Assembly (NCBI GenBank): GCA_963761335.1
Contig: CAVXGR010000024.1
Span: 64,001-128,000, forward strand
Reading direction: 5' to 3'
Length of the DNA stretch: 64,000 bases
DNA from: an uncultured delta proteobacterium
GTDB taxonomy: Bacteria > Desulfobacterota > Binatia > HRBIN30 > BPIQ01
Shown: piece after piece, positions 1 to 8,922 of the stretch
Layout of the letters: each line of letters begins with the position of its first letter
How positions within the stretch are numbered: the first letter of the stretch is position 1
Notes under the pieces: generated by a model
Databases searched by the model: none
Told to the model about the DNA's origin: nothing
The model's input: only the letters and a program-made list of their open reading frames with translations
Program-made: the position numbers and the translations under genes

Positions 1-760
1 CGCGAAGGATCTCCCGGATCGCCGCGAGGTTGTGGAACTCCGCGGTCGGGTCGCTCTGATAGACGCCGCTGACCCAGCTGTAGGCCTTGAGGTGGGAGGT
101 GAAGAGCTTGCCGGAGAGAGCTGCCCAGCGGGCGAACTCAGCCAGCTCTTCTTCTGCCGCGAAGATCCCCGGCGGGTAGCCGAGGCCGGTGCTCACCCCG
201 ATGCAGCCGTCATCGAGCGCCTCGCGGGTCAGCTTCTCCATCTGTCGCAGCTCGCCCTGGCTCGGCGCCGCCGGATTCAGCGGCCCGCTGACCGCGGCCC
301 GCACCGTCCCGTGACCGACCAGCTGGGCGATGTTCAGCGATATGCCGCCCTCGTCGAGGGCATCGAGAAACTCGCGCATCGAACGCCAGCGCAGGTCGAT
401 GGCGCCGTCGAGGATCAGCCGGCTGGCGTCGTGAGCCGCGGCGCGGTTGACGTCGGTGATCGGCGCCGGCGAGAAGCCGCAGTTCCCGCCCACCAACGAG
501 GTCATCCCCTGGCGGATGAAGGGCTCCACCAGTGAGCCGTGATCGACGCCGGGCAGCAGCCAGTCCGAATGCGAATGGATGTCGATGAAGCCGGGGGTGA
601 TGATCTTGCCGGCGCAGTCGAGCTGGCGCGCCGCGGTGACGCCCCGCAGATCTCCGACAGCGACGATTCGGTCGCCCTGGATGCCGACGTCGGCCGGCAC
701 CGCCGGCGCTCCGGAACCATCGACGACGCGGCCGCCCTGAAGCTTGAGATCACAGTCCAC
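1..760 (-). CDS. N-acyl-D-amino-acid deacylase (D-aminoacylase, amidohydrolase family), runs off the window edge
   Basis: Not in the ORF track; manual translation from GTG at 760 gives MDCDLKLQGGRVVDGSGAPAVPADVGIQGDRIVAVG...PGFIDIHSHSD...QGMTSLVGGNCGFSPAP (HxH metal motif, GNCG motif); GGAGGAGG RBS just upstream. Confidence 0.85.
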   Translation of the reverse strand, partial: MDCDLKLQGGRVVDGSGAPAVPADVGIQGDRIVAVGDLRGVTAARQLDCAGKIITPGFIDIHSHSDWLLPGVDHGSLVEPFIRQGMTSLVGGNCGFSPAPITDVNRAAAHDASRLILDGAIDLRWRSMREFLDALDEGGISLNIAQLVGHGTVRAAVSGPLNPAAPSQGELRQMEKLTREALDDGCIGVSTGLGYPPGIFAAEEELAEFARWAALSGKLFTSHLKAYSWVSGVYQSDPTAEFHNLAAIREILR

Positions 761-822
761 CGGCGTTCCTCCTCCGCTGCGCTGCGGACTCTAGACAACG
801 ACCGTGCAGCGAGCAAGGCGAT

Positions 823-1560
823 TCAGGGCTTGGTTTCGGCGCCCCGTCTCTGCGCGTGCTCCCTGCCTCTGTCGTAGCCCTTGCGAAAGGGCGCGGCGTC
901 GTACTCTCGCGGGTAGCGTTCGCGGAGGACGGGCGCCGCCTCGGCGAAATGCGCGCCGCGCGTGTGCGGTGACAGCGCCGCCTCGAAGCCGCTGCGATAC
1001 ACCGGCTCGTCGCGCTCGAAGTCGGCACCGTAGTGCTCCCCCTCGGCGTCGCGCAGCCCGAGCCACCATTTCTCGCGCGCGGCGTCGATGCTCTCGGCGC
1101 CGCACTGCTGCATCACCTCGCGCACCGGATCTTCGTTGTCCTTGGCGCCGACCATGGCGATCACCACCGTGTGCCCGTGCCGCAGTGCGTCCTCGTAGAC
1201 GTAGATCTCATCGGCGGGAAGCCCGACTGCGAAAGAGCGGTCGAACGTATCGCCAATTTTCCAGCCAACCGCGCCGGCGCCCGCCCCGAAGAGTGCCGCC
1301 GCGGCGAGGCCGACGGCGGTCACCGCCCCGATGCCCGGGAGCGCCAGGGCAGTTCCCACCCCGAGGGCGCCGCCGAGAACGCCGCCCAGCGCTGCCGAGA
1401 CCGGCGGCATGTCGTCAGTGGACGGCACCGAGTGCACCGCGGATTCCGGCGCCCCCGGGGTGAGGAGATTCAGATGCTTGGTTCCAATGATGGCGGTCAG
1501 CTTCTCGGTCGCGCACGTCGCTTCGGCGAGGGACGGGAAGACACCGGTGATGGCTCGCAT
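823..1560 (-). CDS. Hypothetical general-stress-type membrane protein (Gly/Ala-rich hairpin, YflT/DUF1269-like)
   Basis: Start reassigned to ATG 1560 (AAGGAGGT RBS); GGVLGGALGVG..PGIG..GL helix pair followed by GLPADEIYVYEDALRHG. Confidence 0.6.
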   Translation of the reverse strand: MRAITGVFPSLAEATCATEKLTAIIGTKHLNLLTPGAPESAVHSVPSTDDMPPVSAALGGVLGGALGVGTALALPGIGAVTAVGLAAAALFGAGAGAVGWKIGDTFDRSFAVGLPADEIYVYEDALRHGHTVVIAMVGAKDNEDPVREVMQQCGAESIDAAREKWWLGLRDAEGEHYGADFERDEPVYRSGFEAALSPHTRGAHFAEAAPVLRERYPREYDAAPFRKGYDRGREHAQRRGAETKP

Positions 1561-1672
1561 CGCACACCTCCTTTTGGGTTGGGCAAACGCGATGCGCGTC
1601 TGCGCAGCGGCGAGCTCTCGAACGCCGCGTTCGAAGGTGCTCGCGCAGAGCACCAGTAGTTCTCGCGTGCAA

Positions 1673-1688
1673 TGCATCCGCCGTGCCG
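1673..1688 (-). promoter_or_regulatory. Possible sigma-54 (-24/-12) promoter for the stress-type gene
   Basis: Minus strand reads CGGCACGGCGGATGCA (GG-N10-GC) about 110 bp upstream of ATG 1560. Confidence 0.3.
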
Positions 1689-1867
1689 GCTTGACATCCG
1701 AGACAGGCTGCCGGTGACAGCCGGCCCGCGGCTCCAGGTGAGGGCGCAAGAATTACATCGCTGATTGAAATTCAGCGACCACCACCGGGACGCCGCCCAC
1801 CCGCGTCGGCTCCGGGTGCCGGGCGGCCGACGCCGACACCTCGACCCCTCCGCAGCTCATCTTCGCC

Positions 1868-1883
1868 TGGCAGTCGCTTTGCG
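1868..1883 (+). promoter_or_regulatory. Possible sigma-54 (-24/-12) promoter for the USP gene
   Basis: TGGCAGTCGCTTTGCG (GG-N10-GC) about 90 bp upstream of ATG 1972. Confidence 0.35.
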
Positions 1884-1971
1884 CTATCTTCGCTGCAGGG
1901 GTTTCTGGGCGGTGGTGTGATTGCCGGCGCGATGCGTGCCTGAGGCGAGCCGCCCAGGCGGAGAGGAGTGC

Positions 1972-2481
1972 ATGATGAGCAGCAGGGAACGGATCCTGGT
2001 CGGGGTCGACGAGAGCGAGGCCTCGGATCGCGCCATCGCCTACGTCGGTGAGATCGCCGCCAAATGCGGCAGCTTCGAGGTCACCATTCTTCACATCCTG
2101 CAGCCGCTGCCGCCGCGTCTGCTCGAGTTTCGCGGCGCCGAATCACCGCACGACGAGAGGCAGCTGAAGGACGAGCTCGACGACAAGCAGTCGGGCTGGC
2201 TCGACGAGCAGCGCCGGCGGGCGCAGCAGACGGTGGAGAAGGCGAGCGCGGCGCTGCGCGCCACCGGCGTGGCGGCGGATCAGATTCAGGTGAAGCTGAG
2301 CGAGCACAAGTCGGGAGAATCGGTTGCCGAGCACCTGCTGGCGCAGGCGAAGAAGAACGATTGTCATACCGTGGTCACCGGCCGCGGCGCCTTCTCCTGG
2401 GTGAAGGAGATGTTCCGGAGCCATCTCGCCGACGAGCTGGTGCGCCAAGGGGAGGGCTTCAGCATCTGGATCGTCCGCTGA
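1972..2481 (+). CDS. Universal stress protein (USP)
   Basis: RILVGVDESEASDRAIAY N-terminus, VTILHIL, TVVTGRG..SHLADELVR C-terminus; GAGGAG RBS before ATG 1972/1975. Confidence 0.85.
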   Translation: MMSSRERILVGVDESEASDRAIAYVGEIAAKCGSFEVTILHILQPLPPRLLEFRGAESPHDERQLKDELDDKQSGWLDEQRRRAQQTVEKASAALRATGVAADQIQVKLSEHKSGESVAEHLLAQAKKNDCHTVVTGRGAFSWVKEMFRSHLADELVRQGEGFSIWIVR

Positions 2482-2572
2482 GAACGGAGAATGAAGCGCG
2501 TGCCCCCCGGGGGGTGTCGATCCCTCGACAGATGCCCGCGACGCACGGTACTTACTCCCGGGAAGGGGTATC

Positions 2573-4177
2573 GTGTCAGAAGAAATCGTCGACGTCTTGA
2601 TCGTCGGCTCCGGAGCCTCCGGGGCCGCGTTTGCGTGGAGCCTGGCGGACACGCGCATGAACATCCTCTGTCTCGAGCAGGGGGACTGGATGAAGCCGGA
2701 GGCGTACCCAGGCATGGGGATGGACTGGGAGGCGCGGCAGCTCGGCGACTTTGCGCTCAGCCCGAACGCGCGCGGGCGGCGTGAGGACTATCCGGTCAAC
2801 GACAGCGCCTCGCCGATTCAGGCGTCGATGTTCAACGCGGTCGGCGGCAGCACCATCATGTACGCCGCGCACTTCCCGCGCTTTCACCCGTCGGACTTTC
2901 GCGTCCGGACGCTCGATGGCGTCGCCGACGACTGGCCGATCGATTACCCGCGCCTGGCGCCGTACTACGATGTGAACGCGCACATGATGGGCGTATCGGG
3001 CCTGGCCGGCGATCCCATGTATCCGCCCAAGGAGGTGCCTCTTCCTCCGGTGGCGCTCGGCAAGCTGGGCGAGACCCTGGCCAAGGGGTTCAATCGGCTG
3101 GGCTGGCACTGGTGGCCCTCCGATAGCGCCATCACCACACAGGAGCACGAGGGCCGCGCCCCGTGCATCAATGCCGGCACCTGCCTGATCGGCTGCGCCC
3201 AGGGGGCGAAGGCGAGCACCGATATCACCTACTGGCCGGCGGCCATGCGCCAGGGGGTGCGGCTGAAGACGCGTTGTCGGGTGCGCGAGATCACCGTCGG
3301 CGCCGACGGCATGGCCGATGGCGTCATCTACTACGACGCCGACGGTGCCGAGTGTCGCCAGAAGGCCCACGTGGTGGTGGTCGCGTGCAACGGCATCGGC
3401 ACGCCGCGCCTGCTGCTGAACTCGAAATCCAAGCTCTTTCCCGACGGGCTGGCGAATCGCAGTGGCCTGGTCGGCAAGAACTTGATGTTTCACCCCTATG
3501 CAATGGTCCTCGGCATCTTCGACGAGCCGCTCGAAGGCTACAAGGGACCCACAGGCTGCTGCATCATGAGCCAGGAATTCTACGAGACGGACCTGTCCCG
3601 TGACTTCCTGCGCGGCTACTCCTTCGAGATCGTCAGAGGCGGCGGACCGGTGTCCACCGCATTGCGCGGCATGCAATGGGGACGCATTCCGTGGGGCGCC
3701 GAGCACCACCGGGCCTTCGGCGGTCTCTTCGATCGGGCCGCGGGAATGGTCGCCATCTGTGAGGATCTTCCGGAGACCGAGAACGCGGTGAGCCTCGACC
3801 CCGATCTCCGCGACGCGGATGGCATCCCGGCTCCGAAGATCACCTATCGGCTGAGCCAGAACAGCAGCAAGATGCTCGAGCACTGCGTCGCCCGCGGCGC
3901 GGAGGTTCTGCGGGCCGCGGGTGCCACCGATACCATCGTCGAGGCGCCGCTGCCGTTTGCCGGATGGCACCTGATGGGAACGGCGCGGATGGGCACAGAC
4001 CCCAAGACCTCGGTGGTCAACGAGTGGGGTCGATGCCACGACGTGCGCAACCTGTTCGTCATCGATGGCAGCATCTTCGTGACCGCAGCCGCGGTGAACC
4101 CGACGAATACCATCCAGGCCCTGGCGCTCTACATCGCCGACACGATGAAGAAGAACCTGGCGAACCTGTTCGACTGA
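2573..4177 (+). CDS. GMC family FAD oxidoreductase (gluconate-2-dehydrogenase flavoprotein-like)
   Basis: DVLIVGSGASG FAD motif, VGGSTIMY, C-terminal HLMGTARMG and NPTNTIQALA. Confidence 0.92.
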   Translation: MSEEIVDVLIVGSGASGAAFAWSLADTRMNILCLEQGDWMKPEAYPGMGMDWEARQLGDFALSPNARGRREDYPVNDSASPIQASMFNAVGGSTIMYAAHFPRFHPSDFRVRTLDGVADDWPIDYPRLAPYYDVNAHMMGVSGLAGDPMYPPKEVPLPPVALGKLGETLAKGFNRLGWHWWPSDSAITTQEHEGRAPCINAGTCLIGCAQGAKASTDITYWPAAMRQGVRLKTRCRVREITVGADGMADGVIYYDADGAECRQKAHVVVVACNGIGTPRLLLNSKSKLFPDGLANRSGLVGKNLMFHPYAMVLGIFDEPLEGYKGPTGCCIMSQEFYETDLSRDFLRGYSFEIVRGGGPVSTALRGMQWGRIPWGAEHHRAFGGLFDRAAGMVAICEDLPETENAVSLDPDLRDADGIPAPKITYRLSQNSSKMLEHCVARGAEVLRAAGATDTIVEAPLPFAGWHLMGTARMGTDPKTSVVNEWGRCHDVRNLFVIDGSIFVTAAAVNPTNTIQALALYIADTMKKNLANLFD

Positions 4178-4187
4178 GAGAAGGAGC

Positions 4188-4646
4188 ATGACTGACACGG
4201 GTTCCGGTGGGTTTTCTGTGGACGAGCTGCGTACGCTGGCGAGCGTGCTGGATGAGGTGATCCCGCCGAGCGGCGACGGCCAGCTTCCCGGGGCGGGAGA
4301 GATCGGAGTAGCTGGGTACATCGACGAGGCCTTGCGCCGCCTGCCCGAGCTCCGCGCGGTGATCGCGGATGGGCTGGCAGCCGTGAACGATCTCGCCCGC
4401 CAGCAGGGCGCTGCGGACTTCGCGGCGCTGGCGCGGGCGGACAAGGTGCAGCTGCTGAGTCAGCAGGGATTCATGTTTCCCCTGACCCTGCACGCCTTCA
4501 TCGGCTACTACCAGGATCCGCGAGTGGCGCAGCGCCTGGGACTGGCGCCGCGCCCGCCGCATCCGCAGGGCTACGAGATGGAGCCCAACGACCTTTCTCT
4601 GCTCGAGCCCGTCCGCCGCCGGCGGAAGATGTATCGGGAGGTGTGA
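4188..4646 (+). CDS. Gluconate 2-dehydrogenase subunit 3 family protein
   Basis: L..V.DEVIP...PGAGEIGV..YID, FAAL...DK..LL, GYY.DPRV...LG pattern; directly follows the GMC gene with AGGAG RBS. Confidence 0.8.
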   Translation: MTDTGSGGFSVDELRTLASVLDEVIPPSGDGQLPGAGEIGVAGYIDEALRRLPELRAVIADGLAAVNDLARQQGAADFAALARADKVQLLSQQGFMFPLTLHAFIGYYQDPRVAQRLGLAPRPPHPQGYEMEPNDLSLLEPVRRRRKMYREV

Positions 4647-4706
4647 GGGCAGCTCTTATTCTGCCGCGCCCGACGGGCGCAGCCAGCGGCCAGGCCTGCC
4701 GCACCC

Positions 4707-6860
4707 TCAGCGGCTGCGCAGCAGCACGCAGGATTCGGCGCCGACGAGAATATACGCGGGCTCCACCGGAGGCTCGCTGCCGGGCTCGGAGATGTCGGCG
4801 GGAGCGGCGCGGGCGGTGTCGACGACGCGCACCCAGTGGCTGCCGCGCGGCGGCCCGGGCAGCTCGAAGCTCTCGTCGCGCAGCGAGCCGTTCACGGCCA
4901 GATAGATGTCGCAATCGCGCTGCGGGGCGTGCTCGCCCGCCAGGCGCATGGCGAGCACGCGGCTGGATGGGCTCCAGTCGGGCTCGTCGAGACGGATGCC
5001 GTGCCAGCTGACATCGGGCCGCGAATGCTGCCGGGTGCCCACGCCGGTGAGGAACTCGCGGCGGCGCAGCACCGGGTGGGCGCGGCGGAAGGCGATCAGC
5101 GTGCGCGCGAAGCGGAAGAGATCGCGATTGCTCTCCAGGAGGCTCCAGTCGATCCAGCTGATCTCGTTGTCCTGACAGTAGGCGTTGTTGTTGCCGTTCT
5201 GTGTACGGCCGAGCTCGTCACCACCGAGAAGCATCGGGGTTCCCTGCGACACCAGCAGGATGGTGAGCAGGTTGCGCAGGCGCTGATGGCGACGGCGCAG
5301 GATAGCGGTGTCGGTCGTGGGTCCTTCGACGCCGCAGTTGCTGCTGAAGTTGAAGTCCGACCCGTCGCGGTTGTTCTCTCCGTTGGCGAGGTTGTGCTTG
5401 CGCTCATGGGAAACCGCGTCGAGGAGAGTGAAGCCGTCGTGGCAGGTGACGAAGTTGATCGAGTGGTAGGGGCGGCGGCCGGCGCTCTGGAAGAGGTCGG
5501 CGCTTCCCGCCAAGCGGGTTGCCAGCCGGCCGGTGAAGCCGTCATCGCCGCGCACGAAGCGCCGCACGTCGTCGCGGAACATGCCGTTCCACTCCGCCCA
5601 GCGGCCCCAAAAGGGAAAGTTGCCGAGCTGGTTGAGGCCGGCGGCGTCCCACGGCTCGGCGATGAGGGTGATGTCGGCGAGCACCGGCTCGAGGGCGATG
5701 CGCTCGAGGAGAGGGGAGTTGACCAGCACCTCGCCCTTCCGGCCCCGGTTGAGAACCGACGCCAGATCGAAGCGAAAGCCGTCGACGTGCATCTCGGTCA
5801 CCCAGTAGCGCAGGGCGCTGTAGATCATCTCGCGAACCACCGGGTGATTGCAGTTGAGAGTGTTGCCGCAGCCGGAGTAGTCGAGATAGGCGCCGGTCTG
5901 CGGATCGAGCATGTAGTAGACCTCGTTGTCGAGGCCGCGGAAGGAGAAGGTCGGATCGCCGGGGCGCCCGGCGTTCTCCGCGGTGTGATTGAAGACGACG
6001 TCGAGGAAGACCTCGAGCCCGGCGCGGTGGAGCTCGCGCACGAGCTCCTTGAACTCGCGCACCTGATTGCCGTTGCGTCCATCGGCGGCATAGGCGGCCT
6101 TGGGTGCGAAGAAGCAGATGGGGCTATAGCCCCAGAAATTCTTCAGCCCCGCTCCGCTGTCGCGATTGCCCGGGAGCCTTTCGTTCTCGTCGAACTCGTA
6201 CACCGGGAGAAGCTCGACGGTGGTTACGCCGAGCTCCTTGAGATAGGGGATCTTCTCGATCAGCCCGCGATAGGTCCCAGGGTTGTCCACCGCGGAGGAG
6301 GGGTGCTGGGTGAAGCCGCGGACGTGCATCTCGTAGATGATCTTGTCGGCGAGATGCAGGCGCGGTGGACGAACCGTCTGCCAGTCGAACGGCTCGCTGA
6401 CGAATAGCGAGCGGCGGCGCTGGAAGTAGGTTCCCGGAGGCTCGTCGGCGCGCGTGTGCGGCGCCCCCCACTCGCAGCCCCCGCTCAGCGCCAAGGCGTA
6501 GGGATCGACGAGGACCTTGGACGGATCGAAGCGGTGTACCCGATCGCGGGGAGTCGGCTGGCGATCGACGCTCCAGCCGTAGCGGGCGGTGTGGTTCAGC
6601 CCTTCGATCTCGATGTGCCAGATCTCACCGGTGCGGTGAAACTCCGAGTCGAGCGGCAGGCGTGCGATCGGCTGGTGCTCGCCGGAGGTAAAGAGCAACA
6701 GGGTCACGGCGGTTCCGCTGCGAGAGAAGACGGCGAAATTCAGGCCTTGGCGGGTCTCCGACACGCCCAGCGGCAGGGCGCGCCCGCTGCGGGCGCAGAG
6801 CTGTCTTCCGCCGAGCTCGAAGGGGACGGCGGTTCCATCGGTTTTGATCTCGGTTGCCAC
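4707..6860 (-). CDS. glgX: Glycogen debranching enzyme / isoamylase (GH13 + CBM48)
   Basis: IYEMHVRGFT, FWGYSPI.FFAP, DVVFNHTAE, DGFRFDLAS, AEPWD, INFVTCHDGFTL, GNNNAYCQDNEISW. Confidence 0.95.
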   Translation of the reverse strand: MATEIKTDGTAVPFELGGRQLCARSGRALPLGVSETRQGLNFAVFSRSGTAVTLLLFTSGEHQPIARLPLDSEFHRTGEIWHIEIEGLNHTARYGWSVDRQPTPRDRVHRFDPSKVLVDPYALALSGGCEWGAPHTRADEPPGTYFQRRRSLFVSEPFDWQTVRPPRLHLADKIIYEMHVRGFTQHPSSAVDNPGTYRGLIEKIPYLKELGVTTVELLPVYEFDENERLPGNRDSGAGLKNFWGYSPICFFAPKAAYAADGRNGNQVREFKELVRELHRAGLEVFLDVVFNHTAENAGRPGDPTFSFRGLDNEVYYMLDPQTGAYLDYSGCGNTLNCNHPVVREMIYSALRYWVTEMHVDGFRFDLASVLNRGRKGEVLVNSPLLERIALEPVLADITLIAEPWDAAGLNQLGNFPFWGRWAEWNGMFRDDVRRFVRGDDGFTGRLATRLAGSADLFQSAGRRPYHSINFVTCHDGFTLLDAVSHERKHNLANGENNRDGSDFNFSSNCGVEGPTTDTAILRRRHQRLRNLLTILLVSQGTPMLLGGDELGRTQNGNNNAYCQDNEISWIDWSLLESNRDLFRFARTLIAFRRAHPVLRRREFLTGVGTRQHSRPDVSWHGIRLDEPDWSPSSRVLAMRLAGEHAPQRDCDIYLAVNGSLRDESFELPGPPRGSHWVRVVDTARAAPADISEPGSEPPVEPAYILVGAESCVLLRSR

Positions 6861-6942
6861 TCAGGACACGACTCCGCTCGGCGCCATCGCCCCCTGATAT
6901 CCGATCGCGCTGATTTATCAACGCGCTCAGGGTGTATTTAAC

Positions 6943-7100
6943 GGCTTTGCCCAACGGATGTCCGTTGGCTGCGGGCAGGTTGTTGGTTGCTTCGTTGTTA
7001 GGTTGTTGGGGCAGTTCACCCTTCTTCACAACAACCAACAACGCAACAACCTAACAACCTTCGGCGGTGCCACCGTCCGTTCGACTCGTTGGGCAAAGCC
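6943..7100. mobile_element. 158 bp MITE-like element with 14 bp TIRs and 10 bp target-site duplication
   Basis: GGCTTTGCCCAACG (6943-6956) and CGTTGGGCAAAGCC (7087-7100); immediately flanked by TGTATTTAAC (6933-6942) and TGCATTTAAC (7101-7110); internal inverted GGTTGTT/AACAACC arrays. Confidence 0.75.
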
Positions 7101-7221
7101 TGCATTTAACCCCCAGCGTTCATGGTGATAGCCTGCTTGGAAGGGGAGATGGCGAATGCCGAAGATGGACTGGCGCGCCGGCCTGTACGGCTCCGCCGAT
7201 TCGACGCAAGAAGGGAGATGC

Positions 7222-8910
7222 ATGGCGCTTGTAGATGGAGGATCGCTGATCAGTCGAGTACTTAAGGAGTTAAACGTAAAGTATCTGTTTGCGATCAACG
7301 GCGGTCACACCTGGCCGATCCTGGCGACCCTGCGGGAGAACGGCGTACAGATGATCCACATGCGCCACGAGCAGGCCTGCGCCTTCGCGGCCGATGCCTA
7401 CGCGCGCACCACGGGCCGCCCCGGGGTGTGCAGCGTCACCGCCGGATGCGGTCTGACCAATGCGATCACCGGTCTGGCGGTCGCCGGTCTCACCGGCAGC
7501 GCCGTGGTGTGCATCGCCGGTCAGCACCCGACCACCGAGGACCATCTCGGCTCCTTTCAGGAAGCCTATGGCAGCGACATCTGTCGCAGCTTTTCCAAGT
7601 ACGTGAAGCGCGTCCTCGACTGGACGACCATCGAGGTCGACCTGCGGCAGGCGTTCCGCGAGGCGATGGCGCCGCCGCAAGGTCCGGCGCTGGTGGAGAT
7701 TCCCACCAACGTGCTCTACCACCAGGACGACCCGGCGCAGCAGCGCCGCGGGGCGCGCGTGTACGCGCCGGACGAGATGCGCAGCGCCGGCGACCCGCGG
7801 CAGATCGAACGCGCCGTCGAGGTCCTGCTCGCCGCGAAGCGACCCCTGATTGCCGCTGGTGACGGCATCTTCTGGTCGGGTGCCGCCGCCGATCTGCGCG
7901 AGCTTGCGGAGCTGACGGGTATCCCGGTCTACGGCCGCCGGGCCGGGCAGGGGGCGCTGCCCGAAGACCATTCGCTCGCCATCCGCGGGCCGTGGAAGAA
8001 GGACTTCACCGGCCGTGCCGATGCGGTGCTCGCCGTCGGCTTCCGTTTCTGGAGTGGAGAGCACTTCGGCGAGCCGCCCACCTGGAACGAGAAGGCCAGG
8101 TACGTGCAGGTCGATGCGGCGCCGGATCGCATCGGCTTGCAGGTGCCCGCAGAAGTGGCCGTCGTCGGCGACCCGAAGCTGGTGCTGCGCCAGATGATCG
8201 AGGAGGTCAACCGCGTCGGCGCCGATGCGGCGCCGCGCCGGGAGTCGCCGTGGCTGGCCGAGGTGGCCGAAGTGCGCGCCAACTACGAGCGCACCATCGA
8301 CGAGCGCGAGCGCAGCAGCCGCGACTGCCTGCCGATCCATCCGGATCACCTGGCGCGCGAGCTCTGCGAGGTGATGGATGGCGACGCCACGGTGATCATC
8401 GACAGCTTCACCATGAGCGGCTGGATGACGCAGTGGTTCAAGGCGCGCTTTCCCGGTCAGGTGATTGACGCCGGTCCTCTGGCGCCGGTCGGGCACGGCA
8501 TCGGCATGGGCATCGGCGTGCAGCTCGCCCGTCCCGGCAAGCAGGTGGTGGTGGTGATCGGCGACGGCGGCCTCGGCATCGGCGGCTGGGACATCGAGAC
8601 CGCCTTGCGCTGCGATCTGCCGCTCATCACCGTGCTGTGGAACAACAGCTCGTGGGGCCCCGGCTTCGAGCAGATGCCGCTGCTCAGGGGACGCACCGAG
8701 CCGTTCACCATGCTCGACGACATCCGCTACGATCAGATGTTCGAGATCATGGGCTGTCACGCCGAGTTCGTCGAGCACCCGAGCGAGATCCGCGCGGCGC
8801 TGGAGCGCTCCTTCAAGGCCGCGAAGGCGTCGCTGATCAACGTGATCGGCGACAAGCGCATCGGCCACCCGCGCCTGGGCGGCAATCTCCTCGGCTCGAC
8901 TCAGGTCTGA
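7222..8910 (+). CDS. Thiamine-diphosphate-dependent enzyme (acetolactate synthase-like / 2-hydroxyacyl-CoA lyase-like)
   Basis: MRHEQACAFAADAYAR, SFQE, GDGG...WNN ThDP motif; start reassigned to ATG 7222 after AAGGGAG. Confidence 0.88.
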   Translation: MALVDGGSLISRVLKELNVKYLFAINGGHTWPILATLRENGVQMIHMRHEQACAFAADAYARTTGRPGVCSVTAGCGLTNAITGLAVAGLTGSAVVCIAGQHPTTEDHLGSFQEAYGSDICRSFSKYVKRVLDWTTIEVDLRQAFREAMAPPQGPALVEIPTNVLYHQDDPAQQRRGARVYAPDEMRSAGDPRQIERAVEVLLAAKRPLIAAGDGIFWSGAAADLRELAELTGIPVYGRRAGQGALPEDHSLAIRGPWKKDFTGRADAVLAVGFRFWSGEHFGEPPTWNEKARYVQVDAAPDRIGLQVPAEVAVVGDPKLVLRQMIEEVNRVGADAAPRRESPWLAEVAEVRANYERTIDERERSSRDCLPIHPDHLARELCEVMDGDATVIIDSFTMSGWMTQWFKARFPGQVIDAGPLAPVGHGIGMGIGVQLARPGKQVVVVIGDGGLGIGGWDIETALRCDLPLITVLWNNSSWGPGFEQMPLLRGRTEPFTMLDDIRYDQMFEIMGCHAEFVEHPSEIRAALERSFKAAKASLINVIGDKRIGHPRLGGNLLGSTQV

Positions 8911-8922
8911 GGCGGCGTCGGC

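Noticed and set aside
32..877. Plus-strand ORFs 32-535 and 539-877
   Set aside because: Antisense shadows of the minus-strand D-aminoacylase gene, which the ORF track misses because it runs off the window edge
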